A stretch of DNA of 63,445 nt, counting the filler, from Octopus bimaculoides (lineage: Eukaryota), in NCBI RefSeq assembly GCF_001194135.2. It is 8 parts of 7 records of this genome, joined end to end, with 100 filler letters (N's around TTAATTAATTAA, not from the genome) between each part and the next. Parts side by side here need not be neighbours in the genome. Positions count along the whole stretch, not along the records: positions 20,449 to 32,061 come from NC_069005.1; positions 32,162 to 39,379 come from NC_069008.1; positions 39,480 to 50,220 come from NC_068991.1; 5 more parts are not named here. One strand, 5' to 3'. The notes below the pieces were generated by a model, which worked only from the letters and a program-made list of their open reading frames with translations, searched no databases and was not told the origin of the DNA. Both the position numbers and the translations under genes were made by a program. Shown here piece by piece: positions 28,255 through 39,958 of the stretch; the stretch's first letter is position 1; every line of letters starts with the position of its first letter.

Positions 28255-28795
28255 AGGTGGGTGAAGATGGGTGAATGAGTGGATGGATGGATGGATGGAT
28301 AAATGGATGGACGGAGGGATGGATAGATGGAAGGATCGGTGGAGTGAGGGATTAATGAAGGGATGGATTGATGGTTGGATAGAGGATGGAGAGATGGAGG
28401 AAAGAATGGATGGTTAGACTGATGGTTAGAGGGATCGGTGAAAGGATGGGGAAATGGATGGTTGGAGGGAGGAAGGGATGGATGGATGGATTGATGGATG
28501 GCTTGGTGGTATGGACGAATTGATGGAGGGATGGATGGAGGGACGGGTAAATGGTTTGATGGATGGCTGACAGTATGGAGAAATTGACGCAGGGATGGAT
28601 GGAGAGATAGATAAATGGATTGATGAATGGCTGATGGTATGAAGAAATTGATGGATGGTTGGATAAAGGATGGGTGGATGTATAGCGGGAAGGATGGAGG
28701 CAGGAATGTATGGAAGGCGGGATGAATGGATTGGTGGACAGATAAATGAATGAATGGATGCAGTTTGTGTATTTTTAATAGGTGTGGCATTTGAT
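28255..28795. repeat. Degenerate (GGAT/GATG)n purine-rich array
   Basis: Directly visible. It generates the spurious 28227-28799 ORF. Confidence 0.85.
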
Positions 28796-29290
28796 GCATT
28801 CAGAGCTGTATATCATGTTATATTGTTCCATGGTTTAGTCTATTAGTTTGTTACGGTACCCATTGTTGACTAGTAGAGTTTTTCTCCTATTATTCTATAG
28901 AATTTTTTTTTGATTCAGTGTTTAGGAGAAACTAAATGCTCTTTTAAGTGAGGATTTTATTTTTGCCTCTGACATTTTCCATGTCATGTTGACATTTATC
29001 ATTCTCTCCATGTAGAATAAATGCATTGAGTTTGCAGCTCTTGTGCAGACAGACATGATGTTTTTTTTTTTGTTAATTAGTATTAGAAAGTTTATGTCTA
29101 GAAATGGAATCATTGTAATCGCTAGTAAATATATTTGTGTTGATATCATCACCATCACCATCATCAGCTCGACCTTCCTCCTTTACGTCGTTATCGTCAT
29201 CATCATCATCATCAACAGCAGCAGCTGGCATCGACCACAATTGGATGGTGCTTTTTACCTGCTACCGGCACAGGGCTCACAACTACAATT

Positions 29291-29341
<51 letters not shown>

Positions 29342-29503
29342 ACACACGCACTCACACTTAACATGGATTTCTTTTAGTGTCTGTCTGCCATATTCATTCA
29401 CAAGAATTTGGTTAGCCTGGGGCTACAACAGAAGAGACTTACCCAAGGTACCAAGCAGTGGTACTAAACTCAAGTCCATGCAGTTAGAAAGCAAACTTAT
29501 TAA

Positions 29504-29723
29504 CCCTTTCGTTACCAACCCGGCTGGAACTGGCTCTGGCTCTGAGTACAAATGTCATAATTTCATAAGTTTTGAATTAAAATCTTCCACCAAACCTTAG
29601 TCACAATTTATGTTCCTAACACTAGCTGAATGAAAACTAAGTTATTTTATTAAATTCTTTGTTATATTTAAAATAATTGAAAGAAATACAGAGCATCTCA
29701 AAATAAATACAGTAACGAAAGGG
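29504..29723. mobile_element. piggyBac-like MITE inserted into a family B SINE
   Basis: TIRs CCCTTTCGTTAC / GTAACGAAAGGG, with TTAA TSD at 29500-29503 and 29724-29727. SINE sequence resumes on both sides. Confidence 0.88.
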
Positions 29724-30137
29724 TTAAACACATAGCCATGCTAGGATGTCGAATTTCAGTATAGAATTGTTTTCACTCAATCTTCTTTTAATTTCTCCAC
29801 ATCTTCTGGTGATATACACACACACACGCTCCCCTCAGACACAAAAACACATATTTTGTTGTGTATATTCATTGCCAACTTACCTGGCATATATTATGTG
29901 TTTATATCTTGGCATTATAATAATCTCTGCTGTGGTTACACAGAGTGTAGCAAATGTAGGCCCCAAGGGACAATCCATGGCTACTCCATCACTGTGCTGA
30001 ATAAACTACAAACACAGCAATGACAGTCACTACACAGACAATTAAGATCTACAATAAAACGAGAAATTTATTTATAATGTATTACAAATATTATTCTTAA
30101 ATAACCAGAAAGAAACATGCACATAGAGACATACAAA

Positions 30138-30192
<55 letters not shown>

Positions 30193-30789
30193 GTATGCTC
30201 ACATGTTGGCATACATACATATTGGTATGTATGTGTATATATATCTATGCACAAACATGCTCACAAGTATCAAGAAATACACACACATGTACACATACAT
30301 ACACACGCACACACATATACACATGGACATAACAACAATCACATACATATAATATACGCAAAAAAACACAGAAAAAATGCATACACAGACTCTATGCATG
30401 CATTCCACATACACACACACATACACACCACGTGTACATGTGCACATACACTGCATAAATATACACACACTTTGCACTCATACACATAGGTATGTATTTC
30501 TCATGCGCATACACACATCTCCCAACCAAATTCCATACATGCATTCCTCTGCATATACACACGCACACACACACACTCTTCTTATGCACACATAGAGACA
30601 CACATTATGCACACACAATCCACTCACCCCCACTTGCATACACGTTCACACATACACACACACTCCACATGTATACATAGACATATACATTGGGCACACA
30701 CACACACATGCAAAAACACACCACATACTCCATATACAGACACACACACATTCTATATACATACTCCTCACATATACACACTCACACTC

Positions 30790-31315
30790 CACACACATAC
30801 ACACACGCACAGTCTCCACACACACACACACACATGCACACGCACAGTCTCCACACACACACACGCAGTCTCCACACAACACACACGCATAGTCTCAATA
30901 TACACACACGCACAGTCTCCACACACACATGCACACGCACAGTCTCCACACACACACCCANNNNNNNNNNNNNNNNNNNNNNNNNNNNNNNNNNNNNNNN
31001 NNNNNNNNNNNNNNNNNNNNNNNNNNNNNNNNNNNNNNNNNNNNNNNNNNNNNNNNNNNNNNNNNNNNNNNNNNNNNAGTCTCCACACACACACACCCAC
31101 ACACACAGAGTCTCCACACACACACACACAGTCTCCACACACACACACACACACGCACAGTCTCCACATACACACACACGCACAGTCACCACATCCACAT
31201 GCACACATGCACACGCACACACACACACACAGTCTACACTCACACACACACACACACACACACACGCAGTCTCCACACACACACACTCACTCACGGTCTC
31301 CACATACACACACAT
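30790..31315. repeat. (CA)n-derived minisatellite punctuated by CAGTCTC
   Basis: Recurrent CACAGTCTCCACAC units of ~20-30 bp spanning an N gap. Confidence 0.85.
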
Positions 31316-31909
31316 GAAACAATTTAAATAACTGTAGTTGCAACAACTAAAGTGTCACATGATTAGGAAAACAACAACAACACCAACAATTGCAACAGCA
31401 ACACCTACACAACAACGATTGAAGCAAGAACAAGAACAACAACAACAACATCACACAGTCCTAAAAATACAAAACAAAAATTCTTCTGTTGCTAATTAAT
31501 TTTCCTGTTTCTTAATTAGACATTTTTGCACATTTCTCCTGTCAGCTTTGTTGGTTGCTCTTACGGATGATGCAATAACAGTAGGTGTTGTAGTACTGCT
31601 GTGGTGGTGGTAGTGGTGATGGTGGTGGTGGCAGTGGTGATGGCGGTGGTTGTGGTGACGGTGGTGGAAGTGCTGAAATAGTGTGGCATGGTGGTGGTGG
31701 TTGTAGTGTAGTGTAGTGTGGAACCTTGAGCAAGTATCTTCAATTATAGACCCACACCGAACAAAGCCTTCGAAGTGCATTTGGTTGATAGAAACTGAAA
31801 GAAGCCCACCTTCTGTGTGTGTATGTGTATATGTATACATGTATGCATATATGTGTATGTATATATGTGTATATGTATAAGCATATATGTATGCATATGT
31901 ATGTGTATT

Positions 31910-31942
<33 letters not shown>

Positions 31943-32161
31943 TTATATATATGCACATAAATATATGAGCAAGTATATGTACATATATATGTAAGTATAA
32001 ACACATTTATGGGAGTGTATATGGATATATGTGTATATCTATCTCTTTCTCTCTCTCTCTCNNNNNNNNNNNNNNNNNNNNNNNNNNNNNNNNNNNNNNN
32101 NNNNNTTAATTAATTAANNNNNNNNNNNNNNNNNNNNNNNNNNNNNNNNNNNNNNNNNNNN

Positions 32162-32445
32162 GATAGTGACTCCGCAATTAGGGCAAGGTCATCAGCATAG
32201 AGGAGCTCCCAGGGGCAACCTGTCTTGAACTCCTCTGTGATTGCCTGGAGGACTATGGTAAATAATAGGGGGCTGAGGACGGAACCTTGGTGGACCCCTA
32301 CCTCTACCCGGAATTCATTGCTGTACTCATTTCCAACCCTCACCTTACTGGCCGCATCTCTGTACATGGCTCGCACAGCTCTCACTAGCCATTCTTCTAT
32401 CCCAAGTTTCCTCATTGACCACCAGATAAGGGATCGGGGGACCCT
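32162..32445 (-). mobile_element. RTE LINE RT fragment (open frame)
   Basis: MRKLGIEEWLVRAVRAMY...VGVHQGSVLSPLLF...PWELLYADDL, with the YADD motif intact. Confidence 0.92.
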
Positions 32446-32804
32446 GTCAAAGTCTTATGCATACGTGCGTATGTATATGCGCATGTATGTATATTCATAT
32501 ATGCAGCAAGTGTGAACATATGCCTGTTACGAGTGTGCATATATGTATATTGTTTACGTTTTTGTATGAGTATATTTATTGATATAAGTTCCAAGATAAG
32601 TGTAAGCATTTTCCTATGTGAAGATGAAGTTATATACACATATATATGTATGTGTATGTATTTTTATATTTATATATATATATTTATATTTTTATACATA
32701 TATATGCATGTATATGTATAGAGATGTGTATATGAGCATAATAATGCTTGTATGGACACATATATGCATGTATGTGTATGTGTGTATATGTATATATATA
32801 TATA

Positions 32805-32932
32805 CAGGATGTCCACAAAGCCTGGGTACATGGGGGATTAACACATACATTAAAAAATTATTATTTCTTATATTTAATTGTTTATGATATGATTTTATTT
32901 ACTCCATGTACCCAGACTTTGTGGACACCCTG
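32805..32932. mobile_element. Tc1/mariner-type MITE, 128 bp
   Basis: 29-bp TIRs CAGGATGTCCACAAAGCCTGGGTACATGG / CCATGTACCCAGACTTTGTGGACACCCTG. TA on the left flank, TG on the right. Confidence 0.8.
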
Positions 32933-32974
32933 TGTGACTTTAGAGTCCCTCTTAGCATGAGGCATTCTTGTATA

Positions 32975-33354
32975 GTAATGCCCTTTGGACTGGCTCTTGT
33001 GCGGGTGGCACATAAGATGTACCAACCTGAGCGTGACCGTTGCCAGTACCGCCTGACTGGCCTTGTAGGGTTTTCGAGCGAGATCGTTGCCAGTGCCCCT
33101 GGACTGGCTCTTGTGCGGGTGGCACATAAAAGACACCATTTCGAGCGTGGCCGTTTTCGTGCGGGTGACACGTAAAAGCACCCACTACACTCTCTGAGTG
33201 GTTGGCGTTAGGAAGGGCATCCAGCTGTAGAATCTCTGCCAAATTTAGATTGGAGCCTGGTGTAGCCATCCGGTTGCACCAGTCCTCAGTCAAATCGTCC
33301 AACCCATGCTAGAATGGAAAGCGGACGTTAAATGATGATGATGATGATGATGAT

Positions 33355-33357
<3 letters not shown>
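32975..33357 (+). mobile_element. RTE 3'UTR with internal tandem units and (GAT)n tail
   Basis: Repeated GGACTGGCTCTTGTGCGGGTGGCACATAA, then the canonical tail ...GGAAAGCGGACGTTAAATGAT(GAT)n. Confidence 0.85.
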
Positions 33358-33393
<36 letters not shown>

Positions 33394-33549
33394 GTGTGTA
33401 TGTGTATGTATGTATATATACATGTGTACATATGTAGATTTTAATCTTTATGAGTATGTGGTTGCGTGTATTTTTTATAATTTTTATCCATGCCTATTAG
33501 AGTAACTTCCCTTCATTCAATGGTTTTTTTTTTCATTGCTTTCTTGTCT

Positions 33550-33611
33550 TAATGACTGATGAAAAATGCCTAGAAGCTCTCAGCTCTGGTATTTGAAACT
33601 GAGTAGTATTA
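33550..33611 (+). ncRNA. Minimal type-I hammerhead ribozyme motif with intact core
   Basis: TAATGA-CTGATGA-A-AAATGCC...GGTATTT-GAA-ACTGAGT-A-GTATTA. 7-bp stem II, GUA triplet, stem I 5/6 paired. Confidence 0.65.
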
Positions 33612-34238
33612 TTAGAACTTACTGATTGTCCTATATTATATATATTTATAGATAAATTCCTCTATTTACATAATATCGAGGACTCATTGATTCTTTTGTT
33701 GTCATATTACTATTATTATTGGTATATAAATATATATGTATATTACGTATATATGTATCATATATTATGTATTATACTACTTGGTGACCCTGCCAGTGCT
33801 GGTCCACACTGTAAAGTGGTGGTTGTTTGGAAGGGCATCCAACTGCAAAAACCAAGCCAAAACTGACCTCGCCTGTGCTTGTGCCACATAAAAAGCACTC
33901 AGTCAACTTTGCTGGGTGGTTGGTGTTTGGAAGGGTTGCATACCATAAAAACCCCTGCCAAAACAGGTACAGAAGTATGGTGCAGGCTCCTGCCTGGCCA
34001 GCTCCTGTCAAATCGTCCAACCCATACCAGCATGGAAGGCAGACGTTAAACGATGATGATGATATATAATACATAGAGTAGGCCATATTAGAGAGACGTG
34101 GCTCATCAACAGGCTCCAGTCCATTTTGGTATGGCTTCTATGGCTGGATGCCCTTCCTAACGCCACATGAGAGGTACCCATGCTGGTGTCATGTGAAGGG
34201 TACTTGTGCTGGTGTCATGTGAAGGGCACCTATGCCGA

Positions 34239-34372
34239 TGGCATGCGATGGTCATCTTTGCCAGTGCCACGTGATGGGTACCTGTGCTGGTGGCATGCGA
34301 TGGTCATCTTTGCCAGTGCCACGTGATGGGTACCTGTGCTGGTGGCATGTGATGGTCATCTTTGCCAGTGTC
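34239..34372. repeat. 52-bp tandem repeat (~2.6 copies) inside an RTE-3'UTR-like array of ~26-bp GTGCCA/GGCAC units
   Basis: Unit TGGCATGCGATGGTCATCTTTGCCAGTGCCACGTGATGGGTACCTGTGCTGG starts at 34239, 34291 and 34343. Confidence 0.85.
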
Positions 34373-34929
34373 ACAGAAAAGACACCTGTGCTGGTGACAC
34401 GTGAGAGGCATCCATGTCAGTGACACGTGAAAGGCACATGAAAGGCACCTGTATCTGTGACATGTGAAAGGACAGCCATGTCAGTGACACATAGGGGGCT
34501 CCAGGATCAGTGACATGTAACATCCAGTACACTCTATAAAGTGGTTGGCATAAAGGAAAGGCATCCAACCGTAGAAACCGCTGGCCAGGCAAGCAGGCCA
34601 ATATCCCCCACTGATCAAAAGGGAGACTTTATGTAAAATGAAGTGTTTTGCTCAAGAACACAATGTGCCACCCAATCAAGGAATCAAACCCATGATCTAG
34701 CGAGCATGAGTGCAACAGCCTAACCACAAGGCCACGCAACTTCACACACACACACACACATATATATATATGCATATACACAGTGTAATTATGTTTGTAT
34801 GCAGACATACACAAAACACTGGTATGGTGACACATGTCAGTGTGTGTATGCGTGTAAGTACACAAATAGAGGGTGGGCCAAAGGTCACACACCAAACATC
34901 TGATATTTTTATTTATGTTATTATTATAG

Positions 34930-35560
34930 TGAGCTGGCAGAATCATTAACAGGCTGAGCAAAATACTTAGCAGCATTTCATCCATCTTCATGTCGTGTGT
35001 TCAAATTTCACGAAGGTTGACTTTGCCTTTCGTTCCTTTGGGCAGGGGGTCAATAAAATAGGTACCAGTTGGACACTGGAACTGATGTAATTAACTTACC
35101 CCACCAACCGAAATTACTGGCCATGTGCCAAAATTTGAAACCATTATTGATGTTATTAAGGTGGTGAGCTGGCAGAATTGTTAGCACGCTGGACGAAATG
35201 TCTAGTGGTATTTTAGCTGTCATATGAGTTCAAATTCTGCTGAGGTCAACTTTGCCTTCTATCTTTTTGGGGATCGATAAAATAGATACCAGTTGAGTAC
35301 TGGAATTGATGTAATCAACTTACACCTCCCCCCTAACCTTTCAGACCTTGTGCCTTCAGTAGAAATTATTATTATTGAGGCAGCAAGCTGGTAGAATTAT
35401 TAGCACACTGGGTAAAATGCTTAGTGGTATCATGCCAGATGCTATGTTCTGAGTTCAAATTCTGCCAAGGTTGACTTTGCCTATCATCCTTTCGACCCCA
35501 GTGTAACGCTGGGGTTGATGTAATCGACTAGTCCCCTCCTCCAAAATGGCTGTCCCTGAG
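34930..35560 (+). mobile_element. Three head-to-tail family A SINE copies
   Basis: GAGCTGGCAGAA-type heads near 34930, 35165 and 35385. Each later copy starts right after the ATT tail of the previous one. Confidence 0.8.
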
Positions 35561-36829
35561 GCATTTTGTTCATTACTCATTTTGTTCACCATGTATGTGT
35601 GTGTTTATTGTTATTTTAAGTATTTTATTCAATTTTAGGAAAACTCAAGTAGGTCTTTGTCAATTACTCTGTAGTGTGTTGGATTTATTTTGTGCATTAC
35701 TTTGGCCCACCCAGTATAATGATGCAACACACAATGATACATGCTTCAAAATAACAAACACTGACTTACTAAGACACAAACATCCTCACCAACCTTACAG
35801 CTACCCACCCCTCCATGGTCTTCTAATCCAGTCATCAACTCAACCCTCTACCACCACCACCACCACCACCACCATCTCACTTGCCTACCCCATCCCCAGT
35901 TAATCAAGACATACCGGAAATTAAGTGTCTTGGCTCTAACTATCTTATGCCTCTCCCCACTGTGCCACCATCACCACAACCTCCTCTTACTTACACACCC
36001 ACCCACCCATNNNNNNNNNNNNNNNNNNNNNNNNNNNNNNNNNNNNNNNNNNNNNNNNNNNNNNNNNNNNNNNNNNNNNNNNNNNNNNNNNNNNNNNNNN
36101 NNNNNNNNNNNNNNNNNNNNNNNNNNNNNNNNNNNNNNNNNNNNNNNNNNNNNNNNNNNNNNNNNNNNNNNNNNNNNNNNNNNNNNNNNNNNNNNNNNNN
36201 NNNNNNNNNNNNNNNNNNNNNNNNNNNNNNNNNNNNNNNNNNNNNNNNNNNNNNNNNNNNNNNNNNNNNNNNNNNNNNNNNNNNNNNNNNNNNNNNNNNN
36301 NNNNNNNNNNNNNNNNNNNNNNNNNNNNNNNNNNNNNNNNNNNNNNNNNNNNNNNNNNNNNNNNNNNNNNNNNNNNNNNNNNNNNNNNNNNNNNNNNNNN
36401 NNNNNNNNNNNNNNNNNNNNNNNNNNNNTAAAACAAAGCTATGGGGGCCTATACACCGACTTACGACCGGTCACTGGTCGTAAGTCGATGACGACCTGTA
36501 TATTTATATATTTCATTTGCCTTATTATTTAACACACTCACCAGTTCAATTTCCACTCCTTTATTTTTTCTAAAATTTTTGTTGCGTCTTGCAACCTTTT
36601 CAATAGTCGTTGATATATACATATATACACACACACACACATACATATATATATACACACACATATACATGTAGTTTTGATATATTCTGTTAAGAACGCA
36701 GTAGAGTGCAGTATAAAGCTCGTCCACCTTCAGATTTCACCCAGTGCTGTCCAGCAGTAGTATTATACATACTTCCAGATTTGTGTTTGGGCTTCTGTAG
36801 TGTGTGAATAGATAATTGAAAAAATTTGG

Positions 36830-37095
36830 AGTCAACAGGTATGGGAGGAATGGAAGTGTGGTGGTAGCCGGGAACTGTATCAGATCACCAGAAGGGAGGC
36901 TAGGAGACAGCTTTACTTAGCCAGAAGGGAAGCAAATAAGAAAAAAATTGCCAATGTTCTGTGTTGTGAGAACTAGAGACTTGAAGTGTTTTGAATTGCA
37001 AGACTGTGTGAGAGAAAATCACGATATCAAGGGAGAGAAATGGGTCCATGTGGATGATGGCTCACTTGCATTTAATGATGTTACAAAGAGAGTGT
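36830..37095 (+). mobile_element. RTE LINE fragment (endonuclease-RT linker region)
   Basis: WKCGGSRELYQITRREARRQLYLARREANKKKIANVL...ENHDIKGEKWVHVDDGSLAFNDVTKR. Confidence 0.7.
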
Positions 37096-38070
37096 ATTCT
37101 GTTAGGAACGTATCAGAGTACAAAATGGAGCTCATTCACCCTTAGAACTACCAAATAGTTGATAGCATTTAAATTCTAGGCTTAGGTATTCACCGTGTGT
37201 GAAAAATAAATTATAATTAACAATGCCACTCATGTCGAGCATGTAGAGGAATGTTGACAGTGAGCAGAATGGAACTGTCAACGTCTACGAGATTCAAAAG
37301 TGCCAGTTGGATGTGTTAGCATCAAAGTCAAAAGACTTACTTATGGGGACAGTGATTATACATCACCTGAGGAGATACAACTGGATCCCATTATACAGGT
37401 AAACCATTACTTAATTTAGATCCTATGTATATGCGGATCAATGTTGTATCAAAACATGTATAATGTTCATTAAATAGCTGTCTAAATGTATTCCTTCCTG
37501 TTGACTCTTTTTATTCAATTATATATATACATATATATATATATACAATTAAACCTAATTAAATTAATAAAGGACTGAACCAGTGCGTGTGTTTATTACC
37601 GGCATAATGCCTCTCCCAAGGTTTAATTGTATTTCTTTCAACACACGTATCCACATCAAGAATCTTGCACACGAAATACACATACGATATATATATATAT
37701 ATATATATATANNNNNNNNNNNNNNNNNNNNNNNNNNNNNNNNNNNNNNNNNNNNNNNNNNNNNNNNNNNNNNNNNNNNNNNNNNNNNNNNNNNNNNNNN
37801 NNNNNNNNNNNNNNNNNNNNNNNNNNNNNNNNNNNNNNNNNNNNNNNNNNNNNNNNNNNNNNNNNNNNNNNNNNNNNNNNNNNNNNNNNNNNNNNNNNNN
37901 NNNNNNNNNNNNNNNNNNNNNNNNNNNNNNNNNNNNNNNNNNNNNNNNNNNNNNNNNNNNNNNNNNNNNNNNNNNNNNNNNNNNNNNNNNNNNNNNNNNN
38001 NNNNNNNNNNNNNNNNNNNNNNNNNNNNNNNNNNNNNNNNNNNNNNNNNNNNNNNNNNNNNNNNNNNNNN

Positions 38071-38165
38071 GCATCCCTGCCCCATAAAATTCTGTTGACT
38101 GTTCTTTGAGCCACTTCTTCACTACAGTTTTCACTTCCTCGTCACTGGAATAATGTTTGCCTCTG
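38071..38165 (-). mobile_element. Mariner transposase C-terminal fragment
   Basis: Minus strand RGKHYSSDEEVKTVVKKWLKEQSTEFYGAGM matches the mariner C-terminus (GK.F.S.EEVK..V..W...Q...FY..GI). Confidence 0.8.
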
Positions 38166-38279
38166 TGGATTGAGTAGAAGACATTTGCCTAAGGTGTCAT
38201 GCAGTGGGACTGGATTCAGAGCCATGTGGCTGGGAAGCAAGCTTCTTACCATACAACCACGCCTGTGCCTATTTATATA

Positions 38280-38322
<43 letters not shown>

Positions 38323-39126
38323 TCACATATAGATGGATATATGTACACACACATATATACAGACCATGCACATTCCAGCATATGCCCCCTCCCTCAACTT
38401 TGTTTCCTCATAACTTTCAGAAAAATAGATATTTTGGATGAAATTTTCTACAATTACACTTCAGGTGGTGTAAATTACAATTATATAAGAATTTAATATG
38501 AAAAAGCAAAAACAGTGTGCATGCAAACTATGAAACACTACAATTTTTCTCTTCAAAATTTCTAGTTTCATTTTGTAGGAGTGGCTGTCTGGTAAGTAGC
38601 TTGCATGACAACCACACGGTTCTGGGTACAGTCCCACTGAGTGGCACCTTGGGCAAGTGTCTTCCACTATAGATTCAGGCCGTTCAAAGCCTTGTGAGTG
38701 GATATGGTAGATGGAAACTGAAAGAAGCCAGTTGTGTGTATGTGTGTGTGTGTCTGTGTTTTCCCCCAACCCGCCATTGCTTGACAACCGATGTTGGCGT
38801 GTTTATGTCCCATAACTTAGCGGTTCGACAAAAGCAACCGATTGAATAAGTACTAGGATTACAAAGAAGTCTTGGAAGCGATTTTTTCTGATTCACGTTA
38901 AACCGTGATATAATCAAAATCTACACCATTTGAAATATATTTGTAGAAAGTTGCATTTAAAAATATCCATATAGGTGCAGGCATGGCTGTGTGCTAAGAA
39001 GCTTGTGTCCCAACTGCATGGTTCCAGGTTCAATCCCACTGCACCCTGAGCAAGTGTCTTCTACTATAACCTCGGGCTGACCAAAGCCTTGTGAGTGGAT
39101 CTGGTAGACAGAAACTGAAAGAATCC

Positions 39127-39165
<39 letters not shown>

Positions 39166-39958
39166 CAAACATTATTCCAGTTTTAATGGTGGCAGCTGAT
39201 GAAGGATATGTTCTCTATGTGGCCTGCTTGTTTGTTGTACCTTGTTTATCATTTTGTCCATGTTCTTTTGCAATGTCATGTACCCAGATATGTATCTATA
39301 TGTACATGTAGATGAAGGTGTGTACATACATGTACATATATATGCATATACTCGTATATTGTTTATCTATATATATAAANNNNNNNNNNNNNNNNNNNNN
39401 NNNNNNNNNNNNNNNNNNNNNNNTTAATTAATTAANNNNNNNNNNNNNNNNNNNNNNNNNNNNNNNNNNNNNNNNNNNNCAGTCAAATCGTCCAACCCAT
39501 GTTAGCATGGAAAGTGAATGTTAAACGATGATGAGGATGATGATGATGAGGATGATGATGATGATAATGATGATTTTAATGCTTGCTGTTTCTATTTTTT
39601 TTTCGCAAAACATTTCTCCACTTTTTTTCTTTTGAAGAAATATCGTTGAAACTGAATTAACTGAACTGTTGTCGGTCGCCTTTAGTTGAGAGTGCTGTTT
39701 GTTTCATTGAAATATATCGCAACATATCAATTCTCACCTTCTCTTCCCTTGAACCTTAGATCAGCACCTTGTCATTTCCTTCGCTAACCCTTGGCTGACT
39801 CTTTGAATTTGGAGGTAACAGAGTTTATTCATAGCAAGTCAAGGGGATGCTGTTAATCTTCAGTCAGGTGATCTTTCCCGTTGAACATATGTAATAACCA
39901 GTTACAGATTCATTTCAAGGATGTTAATTTTTTCTTAATTATTTTCATTAGCCCTAGC

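Noticed and set aside
30790-31315. Regularly spaced repeats resembling a CRISPR-like array
   Set aside because: The spacers are (CA)n rather than unique sequence, the context is eukaryotic, and no cas genes are present.
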